A program made the translations under genes and the position numbers. Positions 7,496 through 17,243 of a stretch of DNA of 24,000 bases are shown piece after piece. The notes under the pieces are model-generated. The model was not told the DNA's origin. It saw only the letters and a list, made by a program, of their open reading frames with translations, and searched no databases. The number at the start of each line of letters is the position of its first letter. The first letter of the stretch is position 1. The DNA comes from Fredinandcohnia onubensis. Its GTDB lineage: Bacteria > Bacillota > Bacilli > Bacillales > Bacillaceae_L. The stretch covers positions 327,869 to 351,868 of the forward strand of contig NZ_NSEA01000002.1 in NCBI RefSeq assembly GCF_002734285.1. Reading direction: 5' to 3'.

Positions 7496-9397
7496 CTACA
7501 CTCTTTTCTGTTTCTTAGGTACGAGATTGTGTATGCGCTCAACCACATTCTCAGTTGTCATGCCAATTTCATGCAACAGGTCATTTACATTACCATGCTC
7601 AATAAATTGGTCTGGAATGCCCATTCGGTCGATTGCTGCATGTTGATATCCATGTTCTTGAGCAAATTCGAGAACAGCACTTCCAAATCCACCCATTAAT
7701 ACTGACTCCTCAATTGTTAAAACCGGAAGGCTTGACCCTAGGATTTGGTGCATCATATCATTATCGAGTGGTTTGATAAAACGGGCATTGACCACTCTTA
7801 CAGATATATCTTCTTTCTCAAGTTTCTCTGCTGCTTCTAAGGCCATTGGAATCGTAGTACCAAAGGTTAGAATTACAGCATCTGTACCCGGTTTTATAAT
7901 TTCCCATGTACCGATTGGAATAACCTTAAGCTCTTCATCCATTTCGACTCCAAGTCCATTCCCTCTTGCATATCTTAGAGCGATCGGACCATCATCATAT
8001 TGAATTGCAGTATTTACCATGTGCTGACCTTCATTTTCATCCTTCGGCATCATAAGGACCATATTCGGGATATGTCTTAAGAAAGGAATATCAAACACAC
8101 CTTGATGTGTTTCTCCATCTGCCCCTACTAAACCTGAGCGGTCAATTCCAATGAACACATTAAGATTTTGGCGACATATGTCATGCACAACCTGGTCATA
8201 AGCTCTTTGCAAGAATGTCGAATAAATCGCTAAGAAAGGTTTCATATCTTGCGTAGCCAGGCCTGCAGCCATCGTAGTTGCATGCTGTTCTGCAATTCCC
8301 ACGTCGAACATTCTATCTGGAAATTCCTTTGCAAACTTTTCAAGTTTTGAACCTACTGGCATTGCAGGTGTTATTGCAACAATTCGATTATCATTTTTTG
8401 CTAACTTGCGGACCGTTTCACTAATAACAGCACTCCAAGCAGGAGGTGGATTTACAGGCTTAACGAAATCTCCTGTTTCGATTTTATAGGGACCTGTTCC
8501 ATGCCATGTACCAATTTTATCTGTTTCCGCAGGGGTGTAACCCTTCCCTTTTTTGGTAATCACATGAACTAGCACTGGCCCCTTTGTTTTCTTTGCATAT
8601 TCGAGTGTTTCAAATAAATCCTCAAAATTATGTCCATCAATTGGCCCTAGGTATGTGAATCCTAGTTCCTCAAAGAAAACTCCAGACACAAGCAAATATT
8701 TAAGGCTGTCCTTAATACGCTCAGCAGTTGAAGCAAGCTTGCCACCAACAGCTGGAATCTTTTTGAGTAAATACTCAAGCTCATCTTTTACCCAGTTGTA
8801 TTTACCCGCTGTACGCAGCCTTGCGAGAACATTATGAAGTGCACCAACATTTGGTGCTATCGACATCTCATTATCGTTTAAAATGACAATCATATCTTTC
8901 TTTTCATGTCCGATATGATTTAATGCTTCTAATGCCATTCCACCTGTTAAGGCACCATCACCAATGATCGGAACGACAAATTCCTTAGCTCCTTTAATAT
9001 CACGTGCAGCAGCCATTCCCATAGCAGCGGAAAGACTGGTTGAGCTATGTCCGGTTTCCCAAACGTCATGCTCGCTTTCAATCCGTTTCGGAAACCCACA
9101 TAGCCCTTTATATTGTCGCAATGTATCAAATTCACAAGCCCGACCTGTCAAAATTTTATGTACATAGGACTGATGCCCAACATCCCAAATGAATTTATCC
9201 TTTGGGCTATCAAATTCCTTATGTAAAGCGATTGTTAATTCAACAACCCCAAGATTAGGACCAATATGTCCACCGGTCTTGGAAAGCTTTTCTATTAAAA
9301 ATTGACGGATTTCCTGACTAAGTTTATTTAATTCATCTATAGACATATTTTTTAGGAACTTAGGGTCTTTAATACTTAGAAGATCCAAAGGATTCAC
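7496..9397 (-). CDS. dxs: 1-deoxy-D-xylulose-5-phosphate synthase
   Basis: 633 aa. Motifs: [14 protein letters not shown], the TPP-binding stretch [17 protein letters not shown]...LNDNEMSI, and transketolase-like pyrimidine and C-terminal domains. The track start is GTG 9397. An in-frame TTG at 9388 would give MDLLSIKDP, closer to the B. subtilis N-terminus as I recall it, so the start is uncertain by 3 codons. Confidence 0.97.
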   Translation of the reverse strand: MNPLDLLSIKDPKFLKNMSIDELNKLSQEIRQFLIEKLSKTGGHIGPNLGVVELTIALHKEFDSPKDKFIWDVGHQSYVHKILTGRACEFDTLRQYKGLCGFPKRIESEHDVWETGHSSTSLSAAMGMAAARDIKGAKEFVVPIIGDGALTGGMALEALNHIGHEKKDMIVILNDNEMSIAPNVGALHNVLARLRTAGKYNWVKDELEYLLKKIPAVGGKLASTAERIKDSLKYLLVSGVFFEELGFTYLGPIDGHNFEDLFETLEYAKKTKGPVLVHVITKKGKGYTPAETDKIGTWHGTGPYKIETGDFVKPVNPPPAWSAVISETVRKLAKNDNRIVAITPAMPVGSKLEKFAKEFPDRMFDVGIAEQHATTMAAGLATQDMKPFLAIYSTFLQRAYDQVVHDICRQNLNVFIGIDRSGLVGADGETHQGVFDIPFLRHIPNMVLMMPKDENEGQHMVNTAIQYDDGPIALRYARGNGLGVEMDEELKVIPIGTWEIIKPGTDAVILTFGTTIPMALEAAEKLEKEDISVRVVNARFIKPLDNDMMHQILGSSLPVLTIEESVLMGGFGSAVLEFAQEHGYQHAAIDRMGIPDQFIEHGNVNDLLHEIGMTTENVVERIHNLVPKKQKRV

Positions 9398-9437
9398 TCA
9401 CTTTCATTTACTATGTATACATTTTCAAGAATGTATT

Positions 9438-10337
9438 TTAATGATCTCTGGATGCGATTAGATTACACATATAGTCTAGTATATCATGTTTCATATCAAC
9501 ACTATATAAAAACCGCCTTGCTTCATCTACATGAAAGGTTAGTTTCTCCTTTGCACCCTCAAGAGTTAATAATGCAGGATAAGTATTCTTATGATTACCA
9601 GTATCACTGCCGACCGGTTTCCCTAGTTTTACTTCTGTACCTTCAATATCTAAAATATCATCTCGAATTTGAAAGGCTAAACCTAAATGATGCGCAAATT
9701 GCGTAAGCTTATCAAGCTGTTCACTAGTAGCATCTGCAAGAATTGCTCCTGCAATCACACTATATGCTAATAATTTTCCTGTTTTATGGCGGTGAATATA
9801 TTCTAATTCATCCAGGTTCAATACTTTCCCTTCACCTTCCATATCCGCAACCTGACCACCAACCATACCTTCCGGGCCAGAAGCTTTTGCTAATTCAGTT
9901 ACAAGCAACAGCTTTTTCTCAGGGGATATTTCTGGGCCAATGGATTCAGTAATTGCCTGAAAGCTATAAGTCAATAGTGCATCGCCCGCTAAGATTGCCA
10001 CTGCCTCTCCGAACACCTTATGGTTGGTAGGTTTCCCCCTGCGAAGGTCATCATCATCCATACTTGGAAGGTCGTCATGAATAAGGGAATACGTGTGAAT
10101 CATTTCAATAGCACACGCAGTCGGTAATCCAATTGCTTCATCTTTTCCAAAAGAACGAAGTGTACCAAGGAGTAATAAAGGGCGGATCCGTTTCCCACCC
10201 GCTTCAAGAGAATAGTGCATCGCTTCCTTGATTATTTTTGGGGCTGATAAGCTAGAAATATACTTCGGAAGCTGTTCTTCAATCTTATTTTTTTGTACAT
10301 CTAAAAATTGTGTTATCTCAGTTGGATTCACGTTCAT
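9438..10337 (-). CDS. ispA: Farnesyl diphosphate synthase (polyprenyl synthetase)
   Basis: 299 aa. Contains both Asp-rich motifs, [17 protein letters not shown] and FQIRDDILD. Its ATG overlaps the xseB stop (ATGA at 10334..10337). Confidence 0.93.
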   Translation of the reverse strand: MNVNPTEITQFLDVQKNKIEEQLPKYISSLSAPKIIKEAMHYSLEAGGKRIRPLLLLGTLRSFGKDEAIGLPTACAIEMIHTYSLIHDDLPSMDDDDLRRGKPTNHKVFGEAVAILAGDALLTYSFQAITESIGPEISPEKKLLLVTELAKASGPEGMVGGQVADMEGEGKVLNLDELEYIHRHKTGKLLAYSVIAGAILADATSEQLDKLTQFAHHLGLAFQIRDDILDIEGTEVKLGKPVGSDTGNHKNTYPALLTLEGAKEKLTFHVDEARRFLYSVDMKHDILDYMCNLIASRDH

Positions 10338-10567
10338 TCTTCCTCCTGAATCGAAAACGGTTCAAGTTCACCGTCTTCGCGTAAAATTTGCTCCATTTGC
10401 TTTTCAACATGTTGGAGCTTGTCATGACAAAGCTTTGAAAGCTTCATACCTTCTTGGAAATAAGTGATTGCTTTTTCTAAAGGGACATCTCCTTCTTCAA
10501 GATGCCCGACAATTTGCTCGAGTTTCTCCATTGCTTCCTCAAAGGATAATACCTTTTCTTCACTCAT
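10334..10567 (-). CDS. xseB: Exodeoxyribonuclease VII small subunit
   Basis: 77 aa, helical and acidic. Sequence [41 protein letters not shown] is typical of XseB. It is directly adjacent to the xseA stop. Confidence 0.92.
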   Translation of the reverse strand: MSEEKVLSFEEAMEKLEQIVGHLEEGDVPLEKAITYFQEGMKLSKLCHDKLQHVEKQMEQILREDGELEPFSIQEEE

Positions 10568-11923
10568 CTATTGTCTCTCCTCTATTTCAATTACTTCACA
10601 GTCAAGATGACCATCCGACAGCTTAACCTTGATTTTATTCCCCTGTTCAACTTGCTGTACACTTTTCACTAAATGTTCTTCCTGATCATATACGAGGCTA
10701 TATCCACGATCCATGATTTTTAACGGACTAAGTGCCTCTAGCTTTGATACTTGGGACGAAAAAGCGAATTGCTTTTGTTTCAAAATTTGTGTAAATTCTT
10801 TTAAAAGCATCTTTGTATTAAGATCCTGCTTTTGTTTGGCACGAATTAGCTTTTCACTTGGATGGTTATGCTGCAATCGTAAGCTAAGCTTTTGAAATGC
10901 TTCTTGCTTACGAGATATTGCCATAGCCCCTTCTCTTTCTAAACGGTCTACCAAGCGGTCAAGTTGTTGTTGCTTTTGGTCATAAAGATTTTTCGGAAAT
11001 CGAAAAGCATAGGATTTCTTCAATGTATCTAAGCGTTTTGAATCACGCACGAGTTTTTCTTTCATAGCACGCAGTAGACGTGTATGTCTAACGAGTAAGC
11101 GTTCTGACAGCTCGGCCATATGTGGTACAGCTAATTCAGCAGCTCCTGTTGGTGTAGGTGCACGTAAATCTGCCACAAAATCAGCAATCGTAATATCTGT
11201 TTCATGTCCCACTGCAGAAATAATGGGCACCTTCGACTGAAAAATCGCTCTTGCCACGATTTCTTCATTAAATGCCCAAAGTTCCTCAATAGAGCCGCCA
11301 CCACGGCCAACAATTAACACATCTATTTTTCCAAATTCATTCGCTTTTTCGATGGCTTTAACTACTGATGGCCCGGCATTCACCCCTTGGACAAGGGCAG
11401 GAAAGACAATAACTTTTGCGATTGGATACCTACGTCTAATCGTCGTAATTATATCGCGAATCGCAGCTCCTGTTGGCGATGTAACAATCCCAATATAATG
11501 TGGTATCTTAGGAATTGGCTTTTTAACGTTTTGCGAAAAAAGTCCCTCTGATTCAAGACGTCTCTTCATTTCCTCGTATGCTAAGTATAAATTTCCTATC
11601 CCGTCTGGCTGCATTTCTTTTACATAGATCTGATAGTTTCCATTTGATTCAAATACTGTAACCTCGCCGCGAAGCAAAACTTTCATCCCATTTTCAGGTG
11701 TGAATTTTAAATCTCTGTTGTAGCCAGCAAACATCACAGCTTGAATTCGTGCTTGTTGATCCTTTATTGTAAAATACATATGTCCGCGACTGTGCGCCTT
11801 AAAATTCGAGATTTCTCCCTTCACCCATATATCCTGAAGGTGAGGGTCCGCATCAAATTTACGTTTAATATATTTTGTTAAAGCTGTTACGGTTAGATAT
11901 CGATTCTGTTCCATTCCTACCAA
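10568..11923 (-). CDS. xseA: Exodeoxyribonuclease VII large subunit
   Basis: 451 aa. The OB-fold N-terminus reads [46 protein letters not shown]. The catalytic core reads [14 protein letters not shown]...[15 protein letters not shown]. The C-terminus is coiled coil. The start is either TTG 11923 or ATG 11914. Confidence 0.95.
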   Translation of the reverse strand: MVGMEQNRYLTVTALTKYIKRKFDADPHLQDIWVKGEISNFKAHSRGHMYFTIKDQQARIQAVMFAGYNRDLKFTPENGMKVLLRGEVTVFESNGNYQIYVKEMQPDGIGNLYLAYEEMKRRLESEGLFSQNVKKPIPKIPHYIGIVTSPTGAAIRDIITTIRRRYPIAKVIVFPALVQGVNAGPSVVKAIEKANEFGKIDVLIVGRGGGSIEELWAFNEEIVARAIFQSKVPIISAVGHETDITIADFVADLRAPTPTGAAELAVPHMAELSERLLVRHTRLLRAMKEKLVRDSKRLDTLKKSYAFRFPKNLYDQKQQQLDRLVDRLEREGAMAISRKQEAFQKLSLRLQHNHPSEKLIRAKQKQDLNTKMLLKEFTQILKQKQFAFSSQVSKLEALSPLKIMDRGYSLVYDQEEHLVKSVQQVEQGNKIKVKLSDGHLDCEVIEIEERQ

Positions 11924-11926
11924 TCC

Positions 11927-12793
11927 CTACTTCCTAGAAAGCAGGGCGAAATTTTTTGCAGACTGAACCGTATTATGAAGAAGCATTGTAATCGTCATAG
12001 GACCAACTCCACCTGGTACCGGTGTCAGATAGCTTGCTTTCTCTTTTGCCTCGTCAAAAACAACGTCCCCAACAAGCTTACCAGTTGATTCAAGGCGGTT
12101 TACACCAACATCAATCACAACTGCACCTTCTTTAATATAATCTCCAGGAATAAAATTCGCCTTTCCAACAGCCGCAACTAAAATATCTGCCTGAAGGGTC
12201 ATTTCTTTCAAATTTTTAGTCCTAGAATGGCAATACGTTACTGTAGCATTCTCTTTAAGGAAGAGTTGTCCAACTGGTTTTCCGACAATATTACTTCTAC
12301 CAACAACCACAACATGCTTACCTTCGATTGAGATTTGTTTAGATTTTACCATTTCAACAATTCCAAATGGTGTACATGGTAAGAAAGCATCTTGTCCAGT
12401 CATCATGCGACCAATGTTAATTGGATGAAAACCGTCCACATCTTTTTCGGGTGAAATTCTTTCGATAACTGCCGTTTCATTAATCGTATTTGGTAATGGT
12501 AATTGAACAAGAATACCATGGATAGAAGAATCCTGGTTTAAGCGGTCAATTTCACTAAGTAAAAATTCTTCCGTAATGGTATCTGGATATTCTAACATCA
12601 AGGAGTAAATGCCTGTTTCCTTACATGCTTTATCTTTTCCTTTTACATAGGATCTTGAAGCTGGGTCATTACCAACTAATAATACAGCTAATCCAGGAAC
12701 AATACCGTCTTGTGCTAAATTCTTAACCTCTTCTGCAATTTCATTACGTTTTGTTTGTGCTAATTCTTTCCCACTAATAATTTCTGCCGACAT
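11927..12793 (-). CDS. folD: Bifunctional methylenetetrahydrofolate dehydrogenase/cyclohydrolase
   Basis: 288 aa. Motifs: LAVLLVGNDPASRSYVKGKDKACKETGI, VVVVGRSNIVGKPV and TPVPGGVGPMTITML. Confidence 0.96.
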   Translation of the reverse strand: MSAEIISGKELAQTKRNEIAEEVKNLAQDGIVPGLAVLLVGNDPASRSYVKGKDKACKETGIYSLMLEYPDTITEEFLLSEIDRLNQDSSIHGILVQLPLPNTINETAVIERISPEKDVDGFHPINIGRMMTGQDAFLPCTPFGIVEMVKSKQISIEGKHVVVVGRSNIVGKPVGQLFLKENATVTYCHSRTKNLKEMTLQADILVAAVGKANFIPGDYIKEGAVVIDVGVNRLESTGKLVGDVVFDEAKEKASYLTPVPGGVGPMTITMLLHNTVQSAKNFALLSRK

Positions 12794-12854
12794 TTTTCCA
12801 ACTCTCCCTTATGTACAATTGAATAACATTCTTTTTATGGACTACAGCGATATT

Positions 12855-13247
12855 CTACTTTACTAATGTATCTTTTATTTTCGATAGAATAGCATTAATA
12901 AAACGGCTCGAGCTATCATCACCAAATTCTTTAGCAAGTTCAATTGCTTCATCAATACTTACCTTAACAGGAATTTCCTCTATATATTTCATTTCATAGA
13001 CAGCGATGCGTAAAATCGAACGGTCTACATTTGCAAGTCTTTCAAGATTCCATTTTTCTAGATGCTCTCGCAATAAAGAATCAATTTCTTCTTTATGTTT
13101 GATAACGCCATGTACAATCTGTTCTAGGAAAGGATCCGAAGACTCTTCTTCAAGTACACTTTCAATCGCTTCATTTGGATCAATCTGGCTTACATCAACT
13201 TGAAATAACGATTGCAAAGCCTTTTGTCGTGCTGTACGTCTTTTCAT
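12855..13247 (-). CDS. nusB: Transcription antitermination factor NusB
   Basis: 130 aa. Sequence [17 protein letters not shown]...[19 protein letters not shown]...[14 protein letters not shown]...FINAIL is typical of NusB. Confidence 0.95.
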   Translation of the reverse strand: MKRRTARQKALQSLFQVDVSQIDPNEAIESVLEEESSDPFLEQIVHGVIKHKEEIDSLLREHLEKWNLERLANVDRSILRIAVYEMKYIEEIPVKVSIDEAIELAKEFGDDSSSRFINAILSKIKDTLVK

Positions 13248-13365
13248 ACTTATTATTTCTCCTTTATATATAGTAAAACTTTTGTCCCACTATCAGTTGC
13301 ATACTAATAACATGATAATATCATAAAATAATTTTAAAATAAAAACCAACTCTTTATTGTGAGGT

Positions 13366-13402
13366 AAAAATAAAAAAGTCTGATAGCGTTTGCCATCAGA
13401 CT
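13366..13402 (-). terminator. Rho-independent terminator after the accBC-asp23 unit
   Basis: Plus-strand AGTCTGAT (13377..13384) pairs with ATCAGACT (13395..13402). On the minus strand the hairpin is followed by TTTTTTATTTTT. It starts 10 nt downstream of the asp23-like stop. Confidence 0.7.
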
Positions 13403-13411
13403 AACTATTCC

Positions 13412-13822
13412 TTACATCTCTTCCTCTACACTAACTTCAGGTTTTTGCGTTTCAAATAATACACCAACAACATGGATGTTTACTTCATTCGCATCTAAAG
13501 CTGTCATATTCAATAAAGCCTGGCGGACATTGTCTTGAATTTGACGAGCAACATTTGGAATAGAAACGCCGAAGTTCATTACACAGTACACATCCACAAT
13601 AATTCCGGTTTCTGTTAACTCAACTTTGACACCTTTTCCGTGGTTCTTCTTTCCAAGTTTCTCGACCACTCCAGAAGCAAAGTTCCCTCTCATTTGCGCG
13701 ACTCCTTCAACTTCTGAAGAAGCAATACCAGCAATAACTTCAATTACTTCTGGTGCAATTTCAACCTTACCAAGACTGTTATTGCCTTGATCCATTTCTA
13801 AAATATTCGTTTCCGCTGCCAT
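13412..13822 (-). CDS. yqhY: Asp23/Gls24-family alkaline shock protein (YqhY-like)
   Basis: The Asp23 core reads GKVEIAPEVIEVIAGIASSEVEGVAQM...VDVYCVMNFGVSIPNVARQIQDNVRQALLNMTAL. I moved the start from the track TTG (13828) to ATG 13822. SD GGGAGGT (13837..13831) is 8 nt from that ATG but only 2 nt from the TTG. Confidence 0.88.
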   Translation of the reverse strand: MAAETNILEMDQGNNSLGKVEIAPEVIEVIAGIASSEVEGVAQMRGNFASGVVEKLGKKNHGKGVKVELTETGIIVDVYCVMNFGVSIPNVARQIQDNVRQALLNMTALDANEVNIHVVGVLFETQKPEVSVEEEM

Positions 13823-13849
13823 TAGCAAGCACCTCCCTATATTAGTGTA

Positions 13850-15199
13850 CTACTTCATAACCTCATATAATTCAAGAAATTTTGTGTTGAAGTCTCCACC
13901 TACGAATTTTTCATGATTCATGAGCTTAAGGTGGAAAGGAATTGTAGTGTGTACACCTTCAATTACAAATTCACTTAGAGCACGCTTCATTCTTGCGATT
14001 GCTTCTTCCCGAGTTGCCCCATATGTAATGAGCTTCGCAATCATCGAATCATAATATGGAGGTATTGAATAACCAGGATATGCTGCAGAGTCTACCCTTA
14101 CTCCTAGACCACCAGGTGGCAAATACATTTCAATTTTGCCTGGCGAAGGCATGAAATTCTTCTCCGGGTTCTCTGCATTAATTCGGCATTCAATGGCCCA
14201 ACCATTAAATGTTACATCGCTTTGAGTGAGTGAGAGCTCCTCTCCTGATGCAACACGAATTTGTTCTTTAATTAAGTCTACACCTGTCACCATCTCAGTA
14301 ACGGGATGCTCAACTTGAATTCTTGTATTCATTTCCATGAAATAGAATTGATCATTGACATGGTCATAAATAAATTCAATTGTTCCAGCACCTGAGTAGT
14401 CAACAGCTTTTGCTGCTTTAACTGCAGCATCACCCATTTTTTGTCTTGTAGCTTCATTTAGAGCAGGAGATGGAGTTTCCTCAACTAGCTTTTGTAAACG
14501 TCGTTGGATGGAACAATCTCTCTCTCCTAAATGTATCACATTTCCATGGTTGTCGGCCATTACTTGAATCTCAACGTGGCGGAAATCTTGAATATATTTT
14601 TCAATATATACACCAGGATTTCCAAAGGCAGTAGCAGCTTCCTGTTGAGTGATGTTGATTCCCTTTATGAGTTCCTCTTCATCCTTCGCAACACGGATTC
14701 CTTTTCCGCCTCCACCAGCAGTTGCTTTAATAATGACTGGGTAACCCATATCATTTGCTAGCGCGATTGCTTCACCTGTATCTTTTATGATTCCTTGTGA
14801 ACCAGGCACAATCGGTACACCTGCTTCTCTCATCGTTTCACGGGCAACATCCTTTGTACCCATTTTATTAATGGCTTCAGGGCTTGGACCAATGAAAGTT
14901 AGATTTACTTCACGACAAAGCTCTGCAAAGTCTGCGTTTTCGGCTAAGAAGCCATAACCTGGGTGAATCCCTTCACTTTCAGTAAGCTTTGCAACGCTAA
15001 TAATATTTGTAAAGTTTAAATAGCTATCCTTTGAAGATTTCGGACCAATACAATAGGCCTCATCTGCTAGTTGAACGTGAAGAGATTCCCGGTCCGCCTC
15101 AGAGAAAACAGCTACCGTTTCAATTCCGAGCTCTTTACAGGCACGAATAATACGAACCGCAATTTCACCACGGTTTGCTATTAGTATTTTTTTTAACAT
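13850..15199 (-). CDS. accC: Acetyl-CoA carboxylase biotin carboxylase subunit
   Basis: 449 aa. The N-terminus reads [17 protein letters not shown]. The ATP-grasp region contains the glycine-rich loop [13 protein letters not shown] and [14 protein letters not shown]. Confidence 0.97.
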   Translation of the reverse strand: MLKKILIANRGEIAVRIIRACKELGIETVAVFSEADRESLHVQLADEAYCIGPKSSKDSYLNFTNIISVAKLTESEGIHPGYGFLAENADFAELCREVNLTFIGPSPEAINKMGTKDVARETMREAGVPIVPGSQGIIKDTGEAIALANDMGYPVIIKATAGGGGKGIRVAKDEEELIKGINITQQEAATAFGNPGVYIEKYIQDFRHVEIQVMADNHGNVIHLGERDCSIQRRLQKLVEETPSPALNEATRQKMGDAAVKAAKAVDYSGAGTIEFIYDHVNDQFYFMEMNTRIQVEHPVTEMVTGVDLIKEQIRVASGEELSLTQSDVTFNGWAIECRINAENPEKNFMPSPGKIEMYLPPGGLGVRVDSAAYPGYSIPPYYDSMIAKLITYGATREEAIARMKRALSEFVIEGVHTTIPFHLKLMNHEKFVGGDFNTKFLELYEVMK

Positions 15200-15232
15200 G
15201 AGTGTCGCTCCTTACTTATATGAACAATCATA

Positions 15233-15739
15233 CTATGCTTTTACTAGGAATAATGGTTGACCATACTCCACAAGCTGACCATTCTCAACCAATATTTCAA
15301 CGATTTCTCCATTTACTTCTGCTTCGATTTCGTTAAATAGCTTCATTGCTTCGACGATACAAACTACTGAATCTTCTTTGACTTTATCACCTTTTTGTAC
15401 ATATGCATCTGCATCTGGGGATGGAGATGCATAGAAAGTACCAACCATCGGTGAAACAACTTTATGTAGGTTTTCATCTACTGCAGGTGCTGCTGTAACA
15501 GGTTCAGCTGGCTGTGTCTGCGGTTGTACAGGTTGTGCTTGTGCTGCAGGCTGTGCTACCTCAGTAACAACAGGAGCAACTGGCTGTGCTTGCACCTTGC
15601 TTTCTACAATTGTTTGAACAGTTGTTTCTTTACTTTTCTTCATTTTAATTTTTGAGCCTTCACTCTCAAAAGTAAACTCGTCAATATTTGAATGATCAAC
15701 TAACTTAATAAGTTCACGTAATTCTTGAATTTTAAACAT
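15233..15739 (-). CDS. accB: Acetyl-CoA carboxylase biotin carboxyl carrier protein
   Basis: 168 aa. A Pro/Ala/Gln-rich linker is followed by a biotinyl domain with the [12 protein letters not shown] motif (biotinylated Lys in AMK). SD AAGGAG lies 8 nt upstream of the ATG. Confidence 0.95.
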   Translation of the reverse strand: MFKIQELRELIKLVDHSNIDEFTFESEGSKIKMKKSKETTVQTIVESKVQAQPVAPVVTEVAQPAAQAQPVQPQTQPAEPVTAAPAVDENLHKVVSPMVGTFYASPSPDADAYVQKGDKVKEDSVVCIVEAMKLFNEIEAEVNGEIVEILVENGQLVEYGQPLFLVKA

Positions 15740-15808
15740 CCATTACACTCCTTGTGATTAACTCGAAATATAAAACTATAAATTGTTGGCAACATTTTAT
15801 TGCTAGTA

Positions 15809-15825
15809 TTAGTACCACATACTAA
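15809..15825. promoter_or_regulatory. FapR-like operator, a 17-bp inverted repeat
   Basis: The plus strand reads TTAGTACCACATACTAA, with perfect 6-bp arms TTAGTA/TACTAA around 5 nt. It begins 1 nt downstream of the predicted accB -10. It resembles the FapR box as I recall it (17-bp IR starting TTAGTACC). Confidence 0.35.
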
Positions 15826-15826
15826 C

Positions 15827-15856
15827 ATGATACGATACTTAAAACCCTCTTTTCAA
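15827..15856 (-). promoter_or_regulatory. Candidate sigma-A promoter of accBC
   Basis: The minus strand reads TTGAAA (15856..15851), an 18-nt spacer, then TATCAT (15832..15827). This predicts a leader of about 80 nt before accB. Confidence 0.4.
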
Positions 15857-15877
15857 TATATTGCGGAGATTTTTTCA

Positions 15878-15891
15878 CGAAAACGTTATCA
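15878..15891. promoter_or_regulatory. cre-like (CcpA) site
   Basis: CGAAAACGTTATCA compared with my recalled cre consensus TGWAANCGNTNWCA is a 13/14 match (first T replaced by C). It lies about 22 nt upstream of the candidate accB -35. Confidence 0.2.
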
Positions 15892-15921
15892 TTATTTTCC
15901 CATCTTCTCATTTATTTTACC

Positions 15922-15959
15922 AAAAAAATAGAAAGCACAGCATATTAGCCGTACTTTCT
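15922..15959 (-). terminator. Rho-independent terminator of the spoIIIA operon
   Basis: On minus-strand RNA a 12-bp stem forms, AGAAAGUACGGC pairing with GCUGUGCUUUCU (two G-U pairs), around loop UAAUAU, followed by A-UUUUUUU. On the plus strand the same positions are A-C mismatches, so the terminator is strand-specific. It lies 9 nt after the spoIIIAH stop. Confidence 0.8.
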
Positions 15960-15967
15960 TTTATCTA

Positions 15968-16570
15968 TTATTTTTCTTTTTCACCAGTTAACTCAAACTC
16001 TACCGCAACATTTTGAAGTTCGCCTAACTCGCTGCGAACAAGGCGTAGAATCTCATTCGCTTGTTGCTTTGAGCTTTCCTTAGATTTAACTGTAATCTTA
16101 ATTTTGTCACCCTCTACGCGTACTAAAGCATCTTCGTAGTTATTTCCTTTGATAAGCATCTCGATAATCTTTTCTTTTGATTCAATATCCTCTAGCTTCT
16201 TTAACTCATCATATGCTTTAAGCTTTTGATCTGCTGTTAGCTCTGTTGAAGCTGCTTGAGCTTCTAAATTGCTTCTTAATTTACTGCGGTGCTCATCAAT
16301 TTCTAAGCGTAATGCAGCAAACATATCATCACTAGAAACTGAAGAGATCACATTTCCATCTTCATCTTCCTCGACAGTCACACCTGCACCGTCTTTATTT
16401 TCAGTAGAAGTTTCCACATTTTCATTTTCTTTTGCATTATCCTTTTCTTCTTCCTGCTCCATCGCAACATCGTTCGGATTGTTTTCAGGTGTCGTAATAT
16501 AATAGACTGATAACACTACTACTAAACTTAACATTGTTAATAACCATACAGTTTGTTTTTTCAATAACAT
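15968..16570 (-). CDS. spoIIIAH: Stage III sporulation protein AH
   Basis: I set the start at ATG 16570 rather than the track start 16603. It sits 1 nt after the spoIIIAG stop, has SD AAGGGGG 9 nt upstream, and gives MLLKKQTVWLLTMLSLVVVLSVYY, matching the B. subtilis N-terminus as I recall it. A single TM helix and an acidic linker precede the C-terminal YscJ/FliF-like domain. Confidence 0.9.
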   Translation of the reverse strand: MLLKKQTVWLLTMLSLVVVLSVYYITTPENNPNDVAMEQEEEKDNAKENENVETSTENKDGAGVTVEEDEDGNVISSVSSDDMFAALRLEIDEHRSKLRSNLEAQAASTELTADQKLKAYDELKKLEDIESKEKIIEMLIKGNNYEDALVRVEGDKIKITVKSKESSKQQANEILRLVRSELGELQNVAVEFELTGEKEK

Positions 16571-16571
16571 T

Positions 16572-17243
16572 TTATGAATCCCCCTTCGTTTTCCTTGGTA
16601 CAACTGCTACCTTGTGATTTGGTACATCAAAACCTTTTGTCACAGCCTCTACTACCATTTGTTTTATTTTTGCATTCTCAACACCTTTAGCAACGATTAG
16701 AACACTTCGTATTTCTGGCTTTTCAATCTTCAAGACGATTGGTGTTTCAGAATCCCCGCTGCGGATGATGACAACTTGTTCATCTTTTGTTATATCCTCA
16801 ACTTGTCTTTTCCCACCGTCCCTGTCTTCCTCATTTGTAATTTGACTTTGGGTTACGGTGTTTTTTTCAAGTATTTTTGATTCAGTAGCATCTACACTTA
16901 CTGAAACAATGACATCCTCTACTCCAGCAATTGCTTCAAGTGCTTCTTTAAGCTCGTTTTCATAACGATCCTCATATTTACCAATTGCTGTTGTTAGTTC
17001 ATCTTTCTGTCCTCCAAATGTTGGCTCATCCTTTGCACTTACTTCTGAGGAAGTAGCTGGCATAACAGAAGATGTTGGTTTGTCACCTGAAAATAGATTA
17101 CTAATTAACATAAAGGCTATCCCAACTGCTAATAAAAGTAAGAAATATTGGTTTTTCTTGTTTCCCTTTTTATCTGGTGGATCATCCTTGGACCCGGAGA
17201 ACATTCCTTTGATTTTGTTCAAGATTCCTTTGTCCTTATCCAT
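16572..17243 (-). CDS. spoIIIAG: Stage III sporulation protein AG
   Basis: 223 aa. It has a basic N-terminus, one TM helix (YFLLLLAVGIAFMLISNLF) and the C-terminal ring-forming domain ...IRSVLIVAKGVENAKIKQMVVEAVTKGFDVPNHKVAVVPRK. Its ATG directly abuts the spoIIIAF stop. Confidence 0.9.
   Translation of the reverse strand: MDKDKGILNKIKGMFSGSKDDPPDKKGNKKNQYFLLLLAVGIAFMLISNLFSGDKPTSSVMPATSSEVSAKDEPTFGGQKDELTTAIGKYEDRYENELKEALEAIAGVEDVIVSVSVDATESKILEKNTVTQSQITNEEDRDGGKRQVEDITKDEQVVIIRSGDSETPIVLKIEKPEIRSVLIVAKGVENAKIKQMVVEAVTKGFDVPNHKVAVVPRKTKGDS

Noticed and set aside
9417-9436. AT-rich inverted repeat ATACATT-6 nt-AATGTAT in the 40-nt ispA-dxs gap
   Set aside because: The 7-bp stem is almost all A/T, with no U-tract. 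The genes are almost certainly co-transcribed. The evidence is insufficient for a terminator or operator.
13312-13324. Palindrome ATGATA-A-TATCAT upstream of nusB
   Set aside because: A 6+1+6 palindrome made only of A/T-rich bases in an AT-rich spacer. I recognise no matching regulator motif and cannot distinguish it from chance.
15480-15610. Repetitive-looking GCTG/GGTTGT DNA within accB
   Set aside because: It encodes the Pro/Ala/Gln-rich flexible linker (AQPVAPV...[19 protein letters not shown]) typical of BCCP. It is low-complexity coding sequence, not a repeat element or CRISPR array.
16571-16603. N-terminal extension of spoIIIAH in the track (MYQGKRRGIHK...)
   Set aside because: It would overlap spoIIIAG by 32 nt and has no SD. 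The internal ATG 16570 has SD AAGGGGG at ideal spacing and reproduces the conserved MLLKKQTVWLL N-terminus.
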